DNA of 63,780 nucleotides, the filler included, from Folioceros fuciformis (lineage: Eukaryota), in the NCBI GenBank assembly GCA_049999805.1. It is 6 parts of 6 records of this genome, joined end to end, with 100 filler letters (N's around TTAATTAATTAA, not from the genome) between each part and the next. Parts side by side here need not be neighbours in the genome. Positions count along the whole stretch, not along the records: positions 54,938 to 62,255 come from JBNGIO010005755.1; positions 62,356 to 63,780 come from JBNGIO010005785.1; 4 more parts are not named here. One strand, given 5' to 3'. The translations under genes were made by a program, and so were the position numbers. Positions 59,957 to 63,780 of the stretch are shown piece by piece (positions within the stretch are counted from its first letter, which is position 1; every line of letters begins with the position of its first letter). The notes below the pieces were generated by a model. That model had not been told where the DNA came from. It saw only the letters and a list, made by a program, of their open reading frames with translations, and did no database searches.

Positions 59957-61242
59957 GTTGTTGTCGTTTCCTTGTCTAATTGGTAACTTAATAAATGATT
60001 GAGCTTGTATTTCTTGCTAAGGTTCTTGAACATATATTTGCCCTGGAAAGGTAGTGATTAGCTACACCTTTAGCAATGAAATCAATGTGTACTTTCATGA
60101 TGTATGACATGCAACTCTAATATAGATCAAACTTCTTATGGTGCAAGGATAGTCATACTTTCACTCCCCTTATTGCATAGTATTAAACTTGTAATCGAAT
60201 GCCCTTGATGCAAACCCTTTGTTTTCAAACTACTTGGAAGCAATGAAAGGAGCATAGTGAGATGCTTTACCTTGCACAAACGAGCTTCTCAATTAGCAAA
60301 GTTGGAAATCATGTTTGTTGTCAGCTCTAAGTAATAACGTTTGTATTTTTGTGAGTTCTTAAACCTATCTCTTATTTTGTATGGACAGTTATTAACTAGA
60401 CTCTTGCAAGATTTTGAATAGCTTTATTGTATATGAACAGTTAGCCATAGGCTTTTATTTAATATTTTGATCACTCTTATTAGAAGAAAAATATATTACA
60501 ACTTTGAGAAAATAGAAAAAATATTTTCCATAAATATAATGAATTATATATTTTAATATATATTAGAAATTATTACAGAGATATGAGATTGGTAAACTGA
60601 TCTAGTAAACGACATCAAAGGAGACTTGAAGGGTTGTAATAAAGCTCGAGGTAAAGAATCTAATTAAAGATTTGTCTTCTTGTGTGCTCTTTGAACGACA
60701 AATAATAATAGTTACTAAAAGAACATTGTAACAAAGGGCAGAGATAAGCTTGCTCCATATCTTCTTACATCATATGCTTTAGAATAAAATTTAATGGGTA
60801 TTACCTAAGGCTTTAACTAACGTTCCATGTAAGTCTAGAAGGCAAGGTAGATGAAGAGGTGCTATCCTTGTAGCCCCAATACTTCATAGTCTTAGAAACT
60901 CCTAATATTAGACTAGCTACTACCCAACTTGGATGTTTTAAATAATATCAATGCACTTCAAGCCATTTAATAACTTTCTCATTTTGGGTGCAATCCAAAA
61001 GACAACTAGCAAGTTGTGGATCCAAATTAAGATCAATGCAAAACCATAATCATAATTTAAAAAGAGATGGAAAGTCCCATCTACTCCAAAGATTGGAGGA
61101 ACAGCCCGACGAGGGCCAAAGGCTAAAAAAAGTACTAGCCCCTTCTAATATTATTCTCAACAATTGTCTCGTGCTCCCAAAATGTCATGATGTGGAATAG
61201 CAAAAGGCCACCTACCACCGATGCTAAAGACGCCGATTAACC

Positions 61243-62255
61243 TGTTGTGACGAGTTAAGGCCCTTACGTACAGGGTATATCGTTAGGGTTACTCGCTTAC
61301 TTGCTGGTTATTCATATTAGGGCTAAATATGTGAAGGGTTGCATAGTTGAAGAGGTGCATGACAATAAACACTTGAAGTGATATTTTGTACTTTTATTTT
61401 TAATGTAGAGAAAAACATAGTTGAGGCAAACACGCTAGCTCTGTGCGTAAATTACACATGGTATCAGAGCTGAGCAAATGCTCAGACTCCTTAATTCATA
61501 ATGCCAGGACAGGGTAGATCCCGTGGAGATCATCGCCAGAACAGAAGAGGCCGACGAGTGGCTGTGACACACCCACCCAGATTTTATAGGCCTACTCCTG
61601 CTGACGAAGTTCTAGATCTCTATGAGGCAAACTACCTTGAAATGTGCCTTAGGCAATTTGTTGGTAGGAATTCAGGACCCCCTAGTGCACGAGCACGTGC
61701 TGCAAGGTTACAACAGAGAAATTCTCAAGTAGACTCCTTGTATCGTGCCAGGTGCTACACTAGAAATCAAAACCCTGGATTGCGCTATCAGCCACCTACT
61801 CGCAACATCCCTGTGCATTCGCTCTTCACAAATTTTGCCAAGACACCTGTCTTTGCTCCTGAAGCAGATAACCATTTGCAGTCAGTCCCTGGCCTGAAGG
61901 ACCATCCAAACTACGATTGCACAATCAGGTGCCTGGAAGAAAGAAAAATTGTTGAATATCGTTTGGAGTCTGCTCTTGGCAAGATTGAAAGAAATCAACA
62001 CATTCTACGGGACGGCGTTGCTCGCATGCAAATCTGCATCGACACAAAGATTGCAAGGATCGGCCATGACGTGGAACACCTCACAGAGATTCTGCATCAA
62101 ATGGATATTGGACAGAGATACTCTTCAGAGTCCCCTTCCACCAGCAGCAACACCATCCTGTGATCCTGCTTCCGCTGGTAGGGAGCGAGGAGACACGAAG
62201 CACCACTGTCCAGACAGCTGCGACTTTTCATTCAGATTCGAAGGGGCACAATTCC
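61243..62255 (+). mobile_element. 5' end of a tRNA-Met-primed retroelement: short LTR-like segment, PBS and 220-aa ORF
   Basis: TGTTG at 61243 ... ACACA at 61458; perfect PBS TGGTATCAGAGC at 61459-61470; ATG ORF 61501-62163. Confidence 0.75.
61501..62163 (+). CDS. Hypothetical 220-aa retroelement ORF (Arg-rich N-terminus, C-terminal coiled coil)
   Basis: Uninterrupted ATG-TGA ORF 30 nt after the PBS; no recognisable gag motif. Confidence 0.55.
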   Translation: MPGQGRSRGDHRQNRRGRRVAVTHPPRFYRPTPADEVLDLYEANYLEMCLRQFVGRNSGPPSARARAARLQQRNSQVDSLYRARCYTRNQNPGLRYQPPTRNIPVHSLFTNFAKTPVFAPEADNHLQSVPGLKDHPNYDCTIRCLEERKIVEYRLESALGKIERNQHILRDGVARMQICIDTKIARIGHDVEHLTEILHQMDIGQRYSSESPSTSSNTIL

Positions 62256-62355
62256 NNNNNNNNNNNNNNNNNNNNNNNNNNNNNNNNNNNNNNNNNNNNT
62301 TAATTAATTAANNNNNNNNNNNNNNNNNNNNNNNNNNNNNNNNNNNNNNNNNNNN
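62256..62355. other. Artificial contig linker
   Basis: N44-TTAATTAATTAA-N44. Confidence 0.98.
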
Positions 62356-63075
62356 AACCACTTCAACTTTGATAAGAGGTAGCAAAGCACTTCGTATTCA
62401 CCATAATTGCATATGCGGGTGCCTGTATGTTTGTGACGCCCTCGCCGTCCTGCAATGCAAGGGTGAACTCAGCTGCTACAGTGAACGGGATGGTGAACAG
62501 ACTAAAAAACAATCTCAGCACTCCTTGCAAGGCAGAGCACACTAACCATCATGGAAGTAACAATCATTAGCACCATCGAATGAAGAAAGGCCAACCATCT
62601 CATCTGCAGCCGCATGTGAGTGGACTATGTCCACGATGAAAAACAGGCCCATTCCTGTTTCATCATGAACTCAAAACATGAGAAACGAAACGCTGACTTG
62701 ATGTAAACTGGGCTTCAGTAGCAGGCGTGCAAGGAATGCATAACGAACCATGGGCACTGTCAACCAGATGTTTGAAATCTTCTGGGGTTCCAAAGCGACT
62801 ACTTACCGCAAACATATTCGTAACCTGCCCAGTTGGCAAATTCTGCACATTAAATGGGCGCAGAATAATCTCAACGAACCTTCAAACATGAGGCACATGA
62901 AGAGCACAACAGGGTTGTACCTTATAGCCAGCACTTGCATAGTCTACATGCTCCTGAATACCCATGAGCTGGACAGCGTTGTACCTAGACTTCTTGACAT
63001 GAGGAAGAGCCCTATTTGTCATAAAACATGGTTTCTCAGACTGCAAACTACATACTACAGACATTCTGAGCAGGG
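62356..63075 (-). pseudogene. SBE3: SBE3 internal fragment (4 exons with introns); may be part of a functional gene cut by gaps
   Basis: [122 protein letters not shown]. Confidence 0.85.
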
Positions 63076-63085
63076 NNNNNNNNNN

Positions 63086-63480
63086 TCCTTGCAAGCCCGC
63101 TACTGAAGCCCAGTTTACATCAATTCAGCGTTTCGTTTCTCATGTTTTGAGTTCATGATGAAACAAGAATGGGCCTGTTTGTCATCATGGACATAGTCCA
63201 CTCACATGCGGCGGCTGCAGACGAGATAGTTGGCCTTCCTTCATTCGATTGTGCTAATGATTGTTACTTCCATGATGGTTAGTGTGCACTACCTTGCAAG
63301 GATTGGTGCAGAATGCTGAGATTGTTTTTTCGTCCGTTCACCATCCCGTTCACTGTAGCAGCTGAGTTTACCCTTGCATTGCAGGACGGCGAGGGCGTCC
63401 CAAACATACAGGCAACCGCATATTCAACTATGGTGAATACGAAGTGCTTCGTTACCTCTTATCAAAGTTGAAGTGGTGAG
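63086..63480 (+). pseudogene. SBE3: Second, diverged SBE3 fragment in inverted orientation
   Basis: Reverse-complement match to about 62356-62735 with scattered substitutions, an altered acceptor (AACAAG vs AACAGG) and a GCG insertion. Confidence 0.85.
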
Positions 63481-63780
63481 TGGATTTAGTCCGCCTCGAT
63501 GATCTCTAGTGTGACTGATCTTTCTNNNNNNNNNNCGATGATCTCTAGTGTGACTGATCTTTCTGAATGCTGTGTTTGAATTGCTCTCTCAGGCAGTTCG
63601 CATCTAGAGCAAGGTAGCTTGGAAGTCACACTTTTCTTTCTCATGGCAGGTGGGTGGAAGAGTATCAAATAGATGGTTTCCACTTCCATTCGCTGCAGTC
63701 CATGTTTTACACCCACAATGGATTTGCAGAGTGCACAAATGGCTTGAATGAGTAAGGCTGCTGTCATTCAGGAAATTGCT

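Noticed and set aside
15142..62355. Five identical TTAATTAATTAA palindromes in N runs
   Set aside because: Synthetic six-frame-stop linkers, not biology. Adjacency across them cannot be interpreted.
63496..63565. 29-nt direct repeat flanking a 10-N gap (similar at 10614-10720)
   Set aside because: Typical unmerged contig overlap.

Overview
Eukaryotic land-plant nuclear DNA: gene-dense, with introns mostly about 80-230 nt and a PLS-PPR gene carrying a 'WW'-type PG box. This suggests a seed-free plant, most plausibly a hornwort (inference). The window is not one contiguous locus. Five artificial 100-nt linkers (N44-TTAATTAATTAA-N44) split it into six contigs: 1-15141, 15242-28044, 28145-43952, 44053-54837, 54938-62255 and 62356-63780. 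Apparently intact genes: an uncharacterised conserved protein, a 1226-aa PLS-PPR editing-factor-like protein, alpha-tubulin, an NHX5/6-type Na+/H+ exchanger (with U12 introns and a repetitive tail), RPS7, PRP38, a kelch-repeat protein, an intronless ASK20/21-like SKP1, and an AT-rich SF1-like KH/zinc-knuckle gene. Damaged genes or fragments: TauE/SafE (1-nt frameshift), SF3A1 5' fragment, PPR relic, TBL/PC-esterase with disrupted 5' half, a SAM-methyltransferase exon, and three pieces of starch branching enzyme 3. Several degenerate Ty1/copia elements and LTRs are present. No CRISPR array, rRNA or tRNA gene was seen. Best leads: a non-gag coiled-coil ORF directly after a tRNA-Met PBS, a frameshift-hidden DYW remnant, repair scars (templated-insertion junction, telomere-repeat capture), and multi-copy inverted SBE3 fragments. 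Gene identities come from recognising translated motifs; no database search was run.
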